Shown here: piece after piece, positions 38,901 to 51,467 of the stretch
How the letters are laid out: every line of letters begins with the position of its first letter
How positions within the stretch are numbered: the stretch's first letter is position 1
Assembly (NCBI RefSeq): GCF_001194135.2
Contig: NC_068984.1
Location: 68,579,474 to 68,643,473, forward strand
DNA from: Octopus bimaculoides
Taxonomy: Eukaryota
DNA length: 64,000 nucleotides
Direction of reading: 5' to 3'
Program-made: the position numbers and the translations under genes
The notes under the pieces: model-generated
Seen by the model: only the letters and a program-made list of their open reading frames with translations
The model's database searches: none
What the model was told of the DNA's origin: nothing

Positions 38901-40998
38901 AGGCTTAGCACTCATTCAGCCAGCCTTTCAGGGATATAGCAAAGTCACGGGGCTGCAGCATGGCGGATTGTAAAGAGGCAGCGGAAGAGCTCAACTCAGC
39001 CAACGGTGCTTCTTACAGTGATGCTAATAGGAGGAACCCTAGAAGATCAATAGTCAGGATCACTAAGCTCTACCAAGAGAGTAATTGCAACGCATCTATT
39101 GAGGCGGCGTAATCAGCTAATGAAATATTCACTGACTCAAACTCCCAATTCCAATTCATAATAATGGAATTATATGGTCGTTGATAGTCATGGGAATCTA
39201 CGAAAGCAGCGAGAGAAAAAGAAGAAAAAACCATCACACTATACATTTTAGTAGCCAATTAACATCCTTTATTTTGGAGAATGAGTTCAATCACATTTTT
39301 ATGAAAATAAAGATTTTCAAGAGAAAATCTAACATTGAGCAATTACCGGGAAAATATTTACAATTTGGTTTGTAACTCGCTTAAATAATACGTAGAACTG
39401 TGACGTCTTGCACTTGACACATGGATGCATGAGACGCTTCACAAAAGAAATTATGTTGGGGGTCTATAAACGTTTCATGAACTGTTACTGATGTACCACA
39501 AATTCATCACATTATGTTATTTGATCATATATCAAAACAACTTTTATGCTGTGTCTGATAGACGCTGATTAAACAATGGGAACTATATATTATGCTGTAA
39601 ATTATTGGACAATTTTCCTTTAATCATATTTCTGGTAAGTCTGATAATGTGTATTCTTTATTTCAGTTTTGATTTTCCGTTTAACTGCGTCATTTTCTTA
39701 TGCTGATCTTATTAATTGAACTTGTGTTCTCTGGATCCGTTGTGACCCAGAATATTTCTTCTTTTAGTATAATTAAATTATTTTGATATTGAAGTTTTTC
39801 TTCTTCATTTTCTAATTCTTATTTCTCTTAATAGTCTTATCTCCTTTCTCGCTTCTCATTTTTATTCATCACCTCATAAGAACAATTAGGCTAAAGGTTC
39901 ACGTGCTGCTTCAGTTAGCAAAGAATAAAGCTTCGACATTACACTGATGATGGTGTTATTGGTGCTGCTGTTGGTTTTCTGGCTTTTGTTGAAAGTGCTA
40001 TTGTTTTCATTCCTTGTATTGTTCATTGTAATAATAGTCGTGATGATAATGATAATAGATAAAAGTAATAATAATTATTAATTCTATTATAATTTCTTTT
40101 TCTGGTGACAAACCTGAAGGTGTTGGGAAGAGTTCAAGGACAAAAGGAAGCAAAAATGAAATCAGTGTTGTATTTCTATCATATAAAAAGACAAAATTAA
40201 CAATAGCAATAAAGAAGCGTTAATACATAAATATCAACAAACAAAAATAACAATTAAGAAGAAAATCAGAGAAAAAGGGATTCCAAAATGGAATCACAGT
40301 GCGATTCAGCACACACCATAAAAAATGTCGAATTACTGACACACCAGAGAAAAAAAAAAAAAAGAAAGAAAATCCTTCACCCAGGTTTTATTGCCAGGCT
40401 ACAGTCGCATAGTTAGATCGAGAAAATTCGTTTAGCCATGGAAGTTCACTGGAGGGCACCACCTTATTCTTTCTCTACTCTGACCTTTTTACATTAATGG
40501 GATCTTGGTCTCAGTGGAAAGAATTTACCCTCAAACCTTACAACCATGTATACCACAACACGTTCCTAGCAATTCTAGCAGACCTAGATCTCTAAGTTTC
40601 GTTCATTAACTCTAATGATTGTACCCTACCGTGGGATGCCACGTTTCATCTGTTCTGTGTACAGTTGTTTTCTATTCCTGTTTCTGATTTTGTAAAATAC
40701 CTTAGGTTTTGTAATTTGTCCTTATGTTCTACCATAAATAAAATCAGAATTGATTGCCTGGCATTTGGATTGCTGCTAGGTGCACAGTTTTCCAGTAGCC
40801 GGGCAGCATAGTCAGTGGTACGCCAACGTTTGTATTCTATAGAGAATTAGTGCTGAGTAAGAGTGACAACATTCTTGAGAAGATTCATGGCATCGATAAA
40901 TATGAATTCGACCACATTCACATTTTCAAACTATAGACATTTTCCAGAAATCTTTAATCTCATTGCACAAAAGATGTGGGGAGATAAACTATATAGAT

Positions 40999-41356
40999 TA
41001 GGGGTTCTCAACCATTTTTTTTTTTATATAGAACCCTTTGATTACTATTTTATTCCGGTGGATCTCCATAGCTATTCGGTATTTAAAAACTTTTATAGAA
41101 ACTTCTTTCAAAATTCCTGTTTTGTTTTTCACACATTAACTTGTGTAGCTTGAAGTATGTAAAATGTTAGAGAAAGAAACCCAGCTGTTTCTTGCAATAA
41201 ATACTAATACATACATCTAAAGCAAATTATTTCATGAGCCCTTAAAATACTATTGTGGATCCTTAATTTACGATTTTTTCACATGGAACCCCACTCTTCC
41301 CCCACAAATTTATATGGACCCTCAGGGGCCATATGGAGACTGGTTGAGAACCATTG
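40999..41356. mobile_element. hAT-type MITE
   Basis: TIRs (T)AGGGGTTCTCAACCA / TGGTTGAGAACCATTG; near-TSD CTATATAG (40989-40996) versus CTATATTG (41357-41364). Confidence 0.8.
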
Positions 41357-42168
41357 CTATATTGCTGTAAAGAATGACCTTCTGCAGGAATGAACTTACT
41401 CTTAGTATGCGTTTGTAAGTCAGAGTACAGAAATCGGAGAGGGTACTGGCACTTAATTATCTGGGCAATCTTTTAAGTTCCTTGGTTCACCTTTGCTAGT
41501 TCACTTCCAGTTGGGACCTCTCGCTTATTACCTTTTTGTATACTTTTATTCTCCATGTTTGCATATTTCGGGTAGTCAGGGAGAAAATAAATGTAATATT
41601 GCAGAAATTAAAGTTGATTTTTCTAGAGATATTTGTTTGTATGTCCAGTTAGAGAAAACAGTTGTGTTTTTGCAATAAAAAGGATGCTTACATTTTTGAA
41701 TACTCAGGGAGAAAGGAAAGAAAGGACAAAAAGAGTCAAATTTGCACAGAAAATTTTACGATACACCAAAGATGATTTTTTTTCTATGTCCACACAGAGA
41801 AAACTATAATGTTTTTAGAATAAAAAAAAAATAGAAAGGATGTTTACTTTTTCGAATACTCAGGTAAAGAAGAAGGGATGAGTATTCATAACAGTTGTGG
41901 ATATTAAAGTTTGCGTGTTTGGAAACTGTAGATATGTAAATTTGTAAATTTCTCAACTTATTTTGAAGGGAATTTTAAATACTCACAGGATATTGTAGAT
42001 ATTCCAGTCTTTGAGAGTTATTTTTACTCCGTAGTGCAGCTGGGTCATATTAGTGTTTCTATGGCTTTCGGCTACTGAATGGTCAGCGCAGCGAGGAACA
42101 CGTCCAGCCGCTGTCAAGGCTGGGCTGACTCTCCTATTCTTCTTCTTCTTCTTCTTCTTCTTCTTCTT

Positions 42169-42210
<42 letters not shown>

Positions 42211-43162
42211 GTTCAGTAGTTTTATTTTTATAACGTGCTTTCACTTCACTACCGAGCGCAGCTCTGTGCGCCTTGGGTATGTGCTGTGGTTTGCTGTGGT
42301 GCTCTTATGGTTACTGTATTTAAAGTGTTTTGCGTAGGATGTGTGCTGTGCCCAGTAGTGCAATTTTCTGTATGTTATATATATTTGTAAGTCCTGGTAT
42401 TTTTGTTANNNNNNNNNNNNNNNNNNNNNNNNNNNNNNNNNNNNNNNNNNNNNNNNNNNNNNNNNNNNNNNNNNNNNNNNNNNNNNNNNNNNNNNNNNNN
42501 NNNNNNNNNNNNNNNNNNNNNNNNNNNNNNNNNNNNNNNNNNNNNNNNNNNNNNNNNNNNNNNNNNNNNNNNNNNNNNNNNNNNNNNNNNNNNNNNNNNN
42601 NNNNNNNNNNNNNNNNNNNNNNNNNNNNNNNNNNNNNNNNNNNNNNNNNNNNNNNNNNNNNNNNNNNNNNNNNNNNNNNNNNNNNNNNNNNNNNNNNNNN
42701 NNNNNNNNNNNNNNNNNNNNNNNNNNNNNNNNNNNNNNNNNNNNNNNNNNNNNNNNNNNNNNNNNNNNNNNNNNNNNNNNNNNNNNNNNNNNNNNNNNNN
42801 NNNNNNNNNNNNNNNNNNNNNNNNNNNNNNNNNNNNNNNNNNNNNATTTCTCTATCTGTGTGCATTGGCATATCCCAGAGTATGGTTGCTTTCTCGTTTT
42901 CTGTAACCTTTTCTGGCGTGTGTTTATACCATCTTTTTTCTGTTGTTATTCCATAGTGTTGGCATAGCTTCCAGTGTATATAGGCCCCAGTTCTGTCGTG
43001 TCTGTGAATATATTCCTTCTTAGCCAGGACTGGGCAGCCAGAGATAATATGATTTACTGTTTCTTGTCCATCTCCACAAATTCTGCAGTTACTTGTTATG
43101 TTTCTTTTCATTATATGTTTTTGGTAATTTCTGGTGAGGAGGCTTTGGTCTTGTGCAGCAAT
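42211..43162 (-). mobile_element. 5'-truncated R4/Dong-clade non-LTR retrotransposon (CCHC knuckle plus restriction-like endonuclease region and 3' UTR)
   Basis: Translates AAQDQSLLTRNY...CRICGDGQETVNHIISGC (CX2CX8HX4C)...RHD...HWKLC...WY.H.PEKV.EN...ILWD...TDRE[gap]...QKIALLGTAHILRKTL*. It is followed on the element strand by (AAT)n. Confidence 0.92.
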
Positions 43163-43250
43163 CATCATCATCATCATCATCAGCATCATCATCATCATCA
43201 TCACCATCACCATCACCATCGCCATCATCATCACCATCATCATTATTATA
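43163..43250. repeat. (CAT)n/(ATG)n trinucleotide array at the 5' junction of the Dong copy
   Basis: Read directly. Confidence 0.95.
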
Positions 43251-43747
43251 CACAAAGTATCAAATGGCTAAACTCTCAACACTTTTCAAAGAATGCATTC
43301 CCTTTTGTCTTTCTATCATTCTTCGCTGTTCGTTGCATTCAGAAATACTACCACCAATCAATAAACCACTCTTCCTTATCATTATAACTTCTAAATCTCT
43401 ATGATATATGAATGCTTTTCAGTTTACGTCGTACGATCATAATCATTTTGAATACCAAGTCGAATGTTACGGATCCATGTATTTCCAACTTATCTCAATT
43501 TATATCATTCATATTTGTACCGAAAATGCTATACGGATGTAACCAAAACAATGTAAATTAACGTGACTAACAGGCAGTCTTCTGCAATCTTTATTCTTAA
43601 TTAAGATTTCGAAGTTTACTACAAGAAACAAACATCTCTCACCTGAACTTTTTAACACTTTGTTTTATTGTTCATATTTTCAGCGGTGTATGGTGGTTCT
43701 CATCCTATGATGTTCCTTCGTACTGAGTCTATTATGCTAGTATATGT

Positions 43748-43995
43748 GGAGGCGCGTGGCTTAGTGGTTAGGGTATCAGCATCATGATCGTAAGATTGTG
43801 GTTTCGATTCCTGAATCGGGCGACACGTTGTATTCTTGAGCAAAACACTTCATTTCACGTTGATTCAGTCCACTTAGCTGGTAAAAATGAGTAACGCTGC
43901 GATGGACTGGCGTCCCGTGCAGCTGGGGAACACGTACGCCATAGAAACCGGGTGCATGAGCCTGGCTAGGCTTTAAAAGGGGCGTATTTATTTTT
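43748..43995 (+). mobile_element. SINE family C, full-length-like (tRNA head, CORE-like TTGAGCAAAACACTT, V-domain-like GCGATGGACTGGCGTCCCGT)
   Basis: A/B-box-like motifs TGGCTTAGTGG and GTTTCGATTCC; homologous to 60-260 and 13290-13400. Confidence 0.8.
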
Positions 43996-44569
43996 ATTAT
44001 GCTAGTATAAATATTACTCAAGAAGAAGCAATTAGAATTTAAGCTATTTCTATATAAAGACGAAATATGACTTACGACACTATAAACACAAATCTACCAA
44101 AAAATCTAACATGTATAGAATCATAACAATCAAAAATTAAACGAAAGTCAAATTAAAATATATATAATACGCTTTCAACTTCAATCCTTGCGTAAGTATA
44201 GGTATATTATAAAATTTTAAAAGAAATTATAACGAAATTAGACCATTATAATGACAAGACATAATCAAGAGAAAGAAAATTTTAAATCGTTTGTGGCTAG
44301 GCAGCGCTCATCCAGTACACTCATAATGTACGCTCCAAGGTTATTATTATGTATATCTTTTATCTATCTTTTACTTGTCTCAGTCATCAGAATGCGGCCA
44401 TGCTGGGGTACAGTCATTGAAAAGTTTCTGTCGAATGAATCGACTGAAATACTTGTATTTTTAAAGCTTGCTTCTTATTCTATCAGTCTCTTTTGATGAA
44501 CTTCGAAATCTCAGGGACATAAATACATCAACACCAGTTGTCAAATGGTGGTGGGAGAGAAACACACAA

Positions 44570-44640
<71 letters not shown>

Positions 44641-44719
44641 NNNNNNNNNNNNNNNNNNNNNNNNNNNNNNNNNNNNNNNNNNNNNNNNNNNNNNNNNNNN
44701 NNNNNNNNNNNNCACACAG

Positions 44720-44754
<35 letters not shown>

Positions 44755-45427
44755 TACACACACACACACAATGCGCGCCTTTCAATGTCCATCTACCAAA
44801 TCAACTCACAAGGCTTTGGTCAGCCTGAGGCTATAGCAGAAGACAGTTGCCTGTGTTGCCACGCTGTGGTTTTAACATTCTGATAAAGTACTGCGCTTCT
44901 TTCCTTTCTTGCGTTTTCTATTGCTTCATCTAACAAAATCATCGAATTATGACACAGTTTTGTATTTAGTATTTAGAATATAAATCTTCATTTCTATGAC
45001 GTCTGTCAGAAACAATACATCTTCACTTATTAAGCCAGGCTGTAACGTGGTCACTCGACTTACTAAAACTGGGAGCCGAATCTCCTCTAAATACCATTCT
45101 ACCGTCTTGAAAAATGAAATGAATTAAATACTATAGTTTTACACAGGTCTACGAAGATAGAATTATCACAACTAGAATGCTTCTAAATATGAGTTTAATC
45201 GATTACAGTTGTTCTATGGCTGCAACGCCACAAGTTGAAATAGCGTGGTTCTAGCCCTGGTAACATTATAATTTCCTGGTTCCAAATGATTCAGGTATAA
45301 TAGCAAAAAGAAATACAAATAAAGAAGACTGCCACACTTTATTTAAAAGCCTAATAGAAGGTATAGCAAAAGTTGGCACAACATGAATGATACTGTCAGA
45401 AAATATACATATTGCTTTCTCATGCAG

Positions 45428-45582
45428 TCGGTACTTGATGATGTGTGCTCGACGGAACACAACAGAGCGTCAAAGCTCTCTGCTGAATAACACTCCTCTC
45501 TTCATACCGAGATCCGAACTCGATCGTGCTATTCCATCTCACTGGAGAATAGCGGGAAAAGTTCCTCCTTTTAAAGCTGATG
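45428..45582 (+). CDS. Candidate internal coding exon (RYLMMCARRNTTERQSSLLNNTPLFIPRSELDRAIPSHWRIAGKVPPFKAD)
   Basis: Strong acceptor ttgctttctcatgcag| and donor |GTATGC; 155 nt with an open frame; GC- and CpG-richer unique sequence. No homology recognised. Confidence 0.4.
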
Positions 45583-45609
45583 GTATGCTCCAGTGAACAA
45601 ACCTAATTT

Positions 45610-45725
45610 GTCCTCGCTCGGCTGGTCTGTCACGTGATGGGATAAAAGCCCGCGTAAAGCCAGGGCACGACCATTATGTGACCAGGTCATGTGACCACTT
45701 GTAGAAAACACGCGTATGATCCGAT
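45610..45725. promoter_or_regulatory. CpG-rich motif cluster: GTCACGTGAT, GGTCATGTGACC, TGACC-A-GGTCA, ACGCGT
   Basis: CLEAR/E-box at 45629-45638, M-box-type palindrome at 45685-45696, overlapping nuclear-receptor half sites. Confidence 0.35.
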
Positions 45726-47237
45726 ATTTGGGCATTTAAGCCTAATCAGCAGAATGATAATCATACTTCTGCTACATGTCACAAGTTTTCACTCTACATC
45801 CATTACTTTTGACCCTTCTTTCTCTTGAAGCTTATTAACTGGTTATTTTTATATTTACTGAGTGAATATTTTGTCGAAAGCAAGTAAAGTGAATACTATT
45901 ATATTATAGGGATGATTGTGCTCAATCAATATCTAGTTTGAATCTGGATTTAAAACAAAAAAAAAGGGATTTTATCTGGAAATAGATGTACATATGGTTT
46001 CCACAGGCTCTCTGAAACCAGTGGGATCTATGCAGTTTATGTTACAGTTAATGTAAATTGATAGGGCTATGGAAAAAGCAAAAAGCAGGCCGGAATTCCG
46101 AGAGGCATTATGCTCTGCGAAGAAAGAAATACACGCGCACACACGCACGCACACGCACGCACACACACGCACGCACGCACACACAAACACATACACACAC
46201 ATACACACACACACAAACACACAAACTCCAGAAAGAAGCGATAAAAGAAACATCATGAGTGTCAGTATTCCTATTCCCCACACCTCCGAAGTCAATTAAT
46301 TATATTGATGAATACCTTTAACTATTAAATATTAATAAATTGACCGTGTTTATTTCACATTAGGGCTCTGAGATAAATAAATATTCATCATTATCCAGGA
46401 TTCTATTCCGATTACTTCCTGTCATCTTCCTGTTATGCAATACCATACAGCCTGGCTTTATTTTTAAGTTTTACACGTAATGAGAGAGAAAGACACATAG
46501 AAAAGGCATCTTCGTTAATTCATTGTTTTTCTACTTCATACTTTCTTCTCACTACTTTTCCTCTACTTCCCCCTCTTTTCTTCGCCCCCTTCGTCCTTAG
46601 GAACGAAGCCAACTTGATCGGTGTATTTAATTTCTTCTGTGTCATTGACTCGCTGCAGCTATAGCAAGTCTTTGCCTTACCGCATCGTCACAGAAATGTG
46701 TAGACTTGAGATAAGAGCTTACAACTACTTTGAGCTTGTGCAAGAAATTTCATAAAGCTGAAGGGCTGATTCACTATCAGAATGCTCATAACGACACGGT
46801 CTTGCATTGCTTCTACGCAATGAATTGACAGTTACAATGTTTGAAGGAAGTCAACAGAGACATATAGAGAAGGGAGAGGACGTGGCATTGTTGTTCGTTA
46901 GCCGTGGGTCAAATCTGAGGGGAGCTTTGGTTTAAAGCCTCCGTGTCGTAACTGTCATATAGTTTTAAAAGTGTTTATGATAACATCATCTAATCTAATG
47001 TCCTATATTTAACATCAAGAATAATCTGAGGGTGATTCGTAAAAGATTTAAATTGTTTGTGATTTGAGTCGTATTTGGCAATTAGTTTGCATACATACTT
47101 CATTCGTTGACTTGAGAGAGTGGGAAGGAATGAAAGAGAAAGAGAGCAACGGTTGTTTGTGACCAAGCAAAGCGAAGTAAAATATGTGAATATATTTGAC
47201 GTGCCATGTTTGAATAATTCAATGTTAAGTGTTCCCA

Positions 47238-47270
47238 TCATGTGACGTTACAAGAACAGGTCAATGACCT
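47238..47270. promoter_or_regulatory. M-box/CRE-like TCATGTGACGT plus perfect nuclear-receptor IR-1 AGGTCAaTGACCT
   Basis: IR-1 read at 47258-47270; TCATGTGACG from 47238. Confidence 0.4.
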
Positions 47271-47727
47271 CCAGTCAATCAAAAGAGCGGAAAAATTGAA
47301 AAGAGAAAGAAGATAAACTTCCCACTTTCATTTTAAGTTGCAGTCAAATATCATTTCTAAATAATCATTGAATAATACCTTTGTCAAATATTAGGATATC
47401 AAAGTAAATATGTTACAGCAATATTAAAGTGATATACGACAAAATATTTATATACTGTTAGGATAAACAGAAAAATACTTGATATTTCAGAATCAGAAGT
47501 CTGACAAAAAGAGCTACATTCGATAAACAGAATTTTACCATTCTCTCATATAACTAGAACTGAAAAAAATTAGCATTTTGTTTAACATTGGGTCAATCCA
47601 ATATTCACGAAAAGCTTAACGAAGGGAAAGAAATAATTAAGTGCTTTTAGTAGAAAGGATTATGATTATTATTATTATTATCATTATTATTATTATTATT
47701 ATCATTATTATTATTGGTGTGTGTATC

Positions 47728-47935
47728 ATTCACACACTACCGTGTGTGAATAATATTCTTAAGATCAACATTTACTCACTCGCGACTACATCTATGCTTT
47801 GTCTCTAACTTAGTTTTTAACCAAATTAGGTGATGGTTACATTTTTAGATTCGTCACATCCGAAGCTAAAGTTTCAGCTACAAAATTTGAAAATTGCTTC
47901 GGTAGAAAAAGTTTCAGTAAAATATGTGATGTCAA
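47728..47935 (+). mobile_element. Hairpin-terminated repeat module (ATTC..GAAT hairpin plus AATATTCTTAAG)
   Basis: Homologous to 48830-48930(+) and 51270-51468(-). Confidence 0.6.
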
Positions 47936-48079
47936 AAACGAGAGGATGAAACCTGAAATCGACTTTGAGTCCTTATATATATATAAGTGCCGAAAACAGA
48001 GATAATGTCTAAAAGCAAACTTTAAACCTAAACATTTTGTTTTTGTGTAAATATTTTGTTTTAGTTCAACTCATTATTA

Positions 48080-48511
48080 TTCTTTTCTATTCTAGGCACA
48101 ATGCCCGGAATTTTTGGGGAGAGGGCCAGTCGATTAGATCTAACCCAGTACGCAACTGGTACTTAATTTATCGACCCCGAAAGGAACAAAGGCAAAGTCG
48201 ACCTCGGCGGAATTTGAATTCAGAACGTAAAGACAGACGATATACCGCTAAGCATTTCGCCCGGCGTGCTAACGTTTCTTATTTCTTTACTGCTCACAAG
48301 GGGCTACACACAGAGGAGAACAACAAGGACAGTCAAACGGATTAAGTCGATTCTATCGACTCCAGTGCGTAACTGGTACTTATTTAATCGACCCTGAATG
48401 GATGAAAGTCAAAGTCGACCTCGGTGGAAGTTGAACTCAAAACGTAGCGGCAGATGAAATACTGCTAAGCATTTCAGCCCGGCTTGCTAACGATTCTGCC
48501 AGCTTGCCGCC
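48080..48511 (-). mobile_element. Dimeric family B SINE, second locus
   Basis: The reverse-complement junction at ~48278 reads AAGAAATAA-GAAACGTTAGCACGCCGGG. Confidence 0.85.
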
Positions 48512-49510
48512 TTAATATTATTACTTATTACAGTTCTAAGACGACGAGCTGCAAAGCCGTTAACACGCAGGGTGAAAGATTCGTGGCATTTCGCCTGTCT
48601 CTACATTCTGAGTTCAAATTCCGCGAAGGTCGTCTTTGCCTTTTATCTTTTCGGTACTCCATAAAATGAGTATCCGCTGAGCACTGAGGTTGATGTAATC
48701 AACTTCCCTTCTCCTTAGATTTGATGGCCTTCTGCTAAAATCGGAGACCAATATTGCAAAATGTTTGATCCAATTCAGTATTTAGATCTCCCTCGTATTT
48801 ATAGAATACACTATATTATAATAAATATCATTCTCACATGGTAGTGTGTGAATAATATTCTTAAGGTCAACATTTACTCGCGACCACTTCTACGCTTTGT
48901 CACTAATTCAATTTCTTTACCAAATTTGATGATGAAAGCAAAATCATTATACGAGGAGGAATTTTTATTAAACGAACTTAAGGAAAGCCTTACTACACCC
49001 AAAGTTGTAAGAACTTCTGAAGTTTTAATAAGTTTTTTGCTTGCTTTCAAACCTTAATTCAATATTAAGAGTAGCAGAATTTAGATTATTATTTCTTAAG
49101 GTAAATTGACAAGGTTTTTGCTTTCAGATAGTATGATTGGATTTTCAAAGTATCAGGATTCAGAATTTTTTTACATTTTAAGGCAAGTTGACAAGAACAG
49201 TAGCTGAACTGCAGGCTTTATTTTGCATGAATTTCGACTGAGAAGCTAACTTTGCTTTGTCAAGGGCAGGTGGCTCCTCCTACCTCATGGTGGATGCATT
49301 GGCTATTTTTGCATTTTCAAAACCGTTCTTATGTTATCCAATGCAACGAAACCCCGTCCAGATAACTTTTTCTTGTTTTTAGAATTTAAGAAAAAATATG
49401 TAAAAAATAAAAAGAAACATAGCATTAAATTCTTATTTAAAATCAATCATCAACAATGAAAAGTAAATCAACTATTTTTAACAAAATAGTATTTATTAGT
49501 TTTATTTCAT

Positions 49511-50110
49511 TGCCTGGAAAAAAGTGGATTACAATGAAAAATGTGAGCGCATGCATGTTAATATTCTTAAGTTATTACATGGAAAAATGCGAGCATGAAA
49601 AGTAATATTCTTAAGATTCTAAACATGGAAAAGTACAGGGCAAGTTATTACACCTGCGAAAGTATAGGACAAGCTATTACTTCTAGTAAAGTAAAGAACA
49701 ACAAAATTTTACTTAAAATATTGCAGCAAAGAATGCCAGTTCTTCTAATTTATCACTCTTTACAGTTATCTTTTAAATTTATTGTACAAGATTGCTTAGC
49801 TAATTTGTAAGTTTGTCTAATTAGTCACTTTTTTCTGTATTTAAGGTAGTAAATTAGCCAAATTCTACTTAAATAAGTATAGTGTTGTTTTTAAACTATA
49901 ATAAAATAAGTTTTAATATTCAAATTTTAATATTAGCTGCAATATTTTAAGTAAAATGTTTCTTATTCTTTACTTTACTAGAATTGATACTAGAATTGAT
50001 AGCTTTTACAGGTGTAATAAATTGTCCTGTCCTTTTCCATGTTTATAATCTTAAGAATATTACTTCTCATGCTCGCATTTTTCCATGTAATCCATGATTT
50101 TTTCCAGGCC
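49511..50110. mobile_element. Foldback element with ~230-bp modular TIRs (GCCTGGAAAAAA...; subrepeats ATTACATGGAAAA/AGTACAGG)
   Basis: 49511-49735 matches the reverse complement of ~49925-50110. Confidence 0.8.
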
Positions 50111-51467
50111 TTGCTGTTATAAGATAATTAATAATGTGTCAATTAATAATTTAAGATTTTACCTTATAAAATACTGAAATATAATATTTCGATTTTTCCA
50201 TGTAAGTGATGATAATATTTCAAGTTTTTCATGTTTAATTGAAATATATGTGATTGAATTATTTGATATTACTCATCCACACCAAATTAATAGCAGGGAT
50301 TTTTACCATGTTGTTGGTTGCACCATGGCTCACCAAAAGTTACAAACAACAAGACACCAAAACCATCAGTTACTAAGTTCACCTTAAGTAACCTAATNNN
50401 NNNNNNNAATCGTTCGGATGTTAATATAGAAAAGCAAACCTATCATCAAAGACATTCCAGCCTTCAGCAAACCGTCTTTTTAGGGATAATCTAGGATATT
50501 ACATACAATGGGAGTGTGATTTAGGTAGTGGGATAATTTGGCTGCTATTTTTAGCTTATCGTGTGACCAGGTAGAGGCTCTTTCATTCGTTCAATTGCGT
50601 GATGAGAATTTTTTTACACATGTGCAATATGTATATATCTCATCGGCAGAAGTTAGAGAGTAAGTCAAAACNNNNNNNNNNTACACATATGTGCAATATG
50701 TATATATCTCATCGGCAGAAGTTAGAGAGTAAGTCAAAACCTGAGAGCTTCGTGTATTGGCACTTATCAAACACGAATTTGTCCATTGTCAGTGTGTAAC
50801 TTTTGACGATGTAACTTCTAAAATACGTCAAAAACGTTACGAGTAAACCCTGTTCTATGTGACACATTCTACCAGTATCGGAAGTTTGAAAGTGTTTAGT
50901 TAAAAAATTAATTAAATAATCTGTACGTGAAAGTCAACCTCGGCGAAATTTGAACTCAAAACTTAAAGAAAGACAAAATACGGCTAAACAGCTCACTCGG
51001 CGTGCCAATGGTTCCGCCAGCTCATTTTAGAAACATATCCTATATTTCATTTTAAAAATACATTCTTTATTCTTATTGCTTGTCACTTACTGACATAAAA
51101 TTTTGTAACATTTCACCTCATAACTCCTTTTCTGCTAATTTTTGTTCAATGCATTCTTCATGCATTTTTCTATCATTTAAGCCTAAGAAAAGTATACTTT
51201 TATTTTAAAATTGAAAATTTTATGTTAATTGAAGATGAATATCTACCTTACTGCGCCACTCGAGGTCGCAGATATTTTGATGTAACTTTTTTCCTACTGA
51301 ACCAAATCTCAAATTATTTAAGTCAAAGTGTAGCTGAGGAAGTGTTTTCTTTAAAACTATTAGCAGTTTGCAATTTAGTTGAGAACTGAATTAGCGGCGA
51401 AGCTTGGAAGCTGCTACGATTGACGAAATGGTGGACTTAAGAATATATTCAACCACTTGGTTGAATG

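Noticed and set aside
50615-50740. 57-bp tandem duplication
   Set aside because: The copies flank a 10-N gap, typical of unmerged overlapping contig ends.
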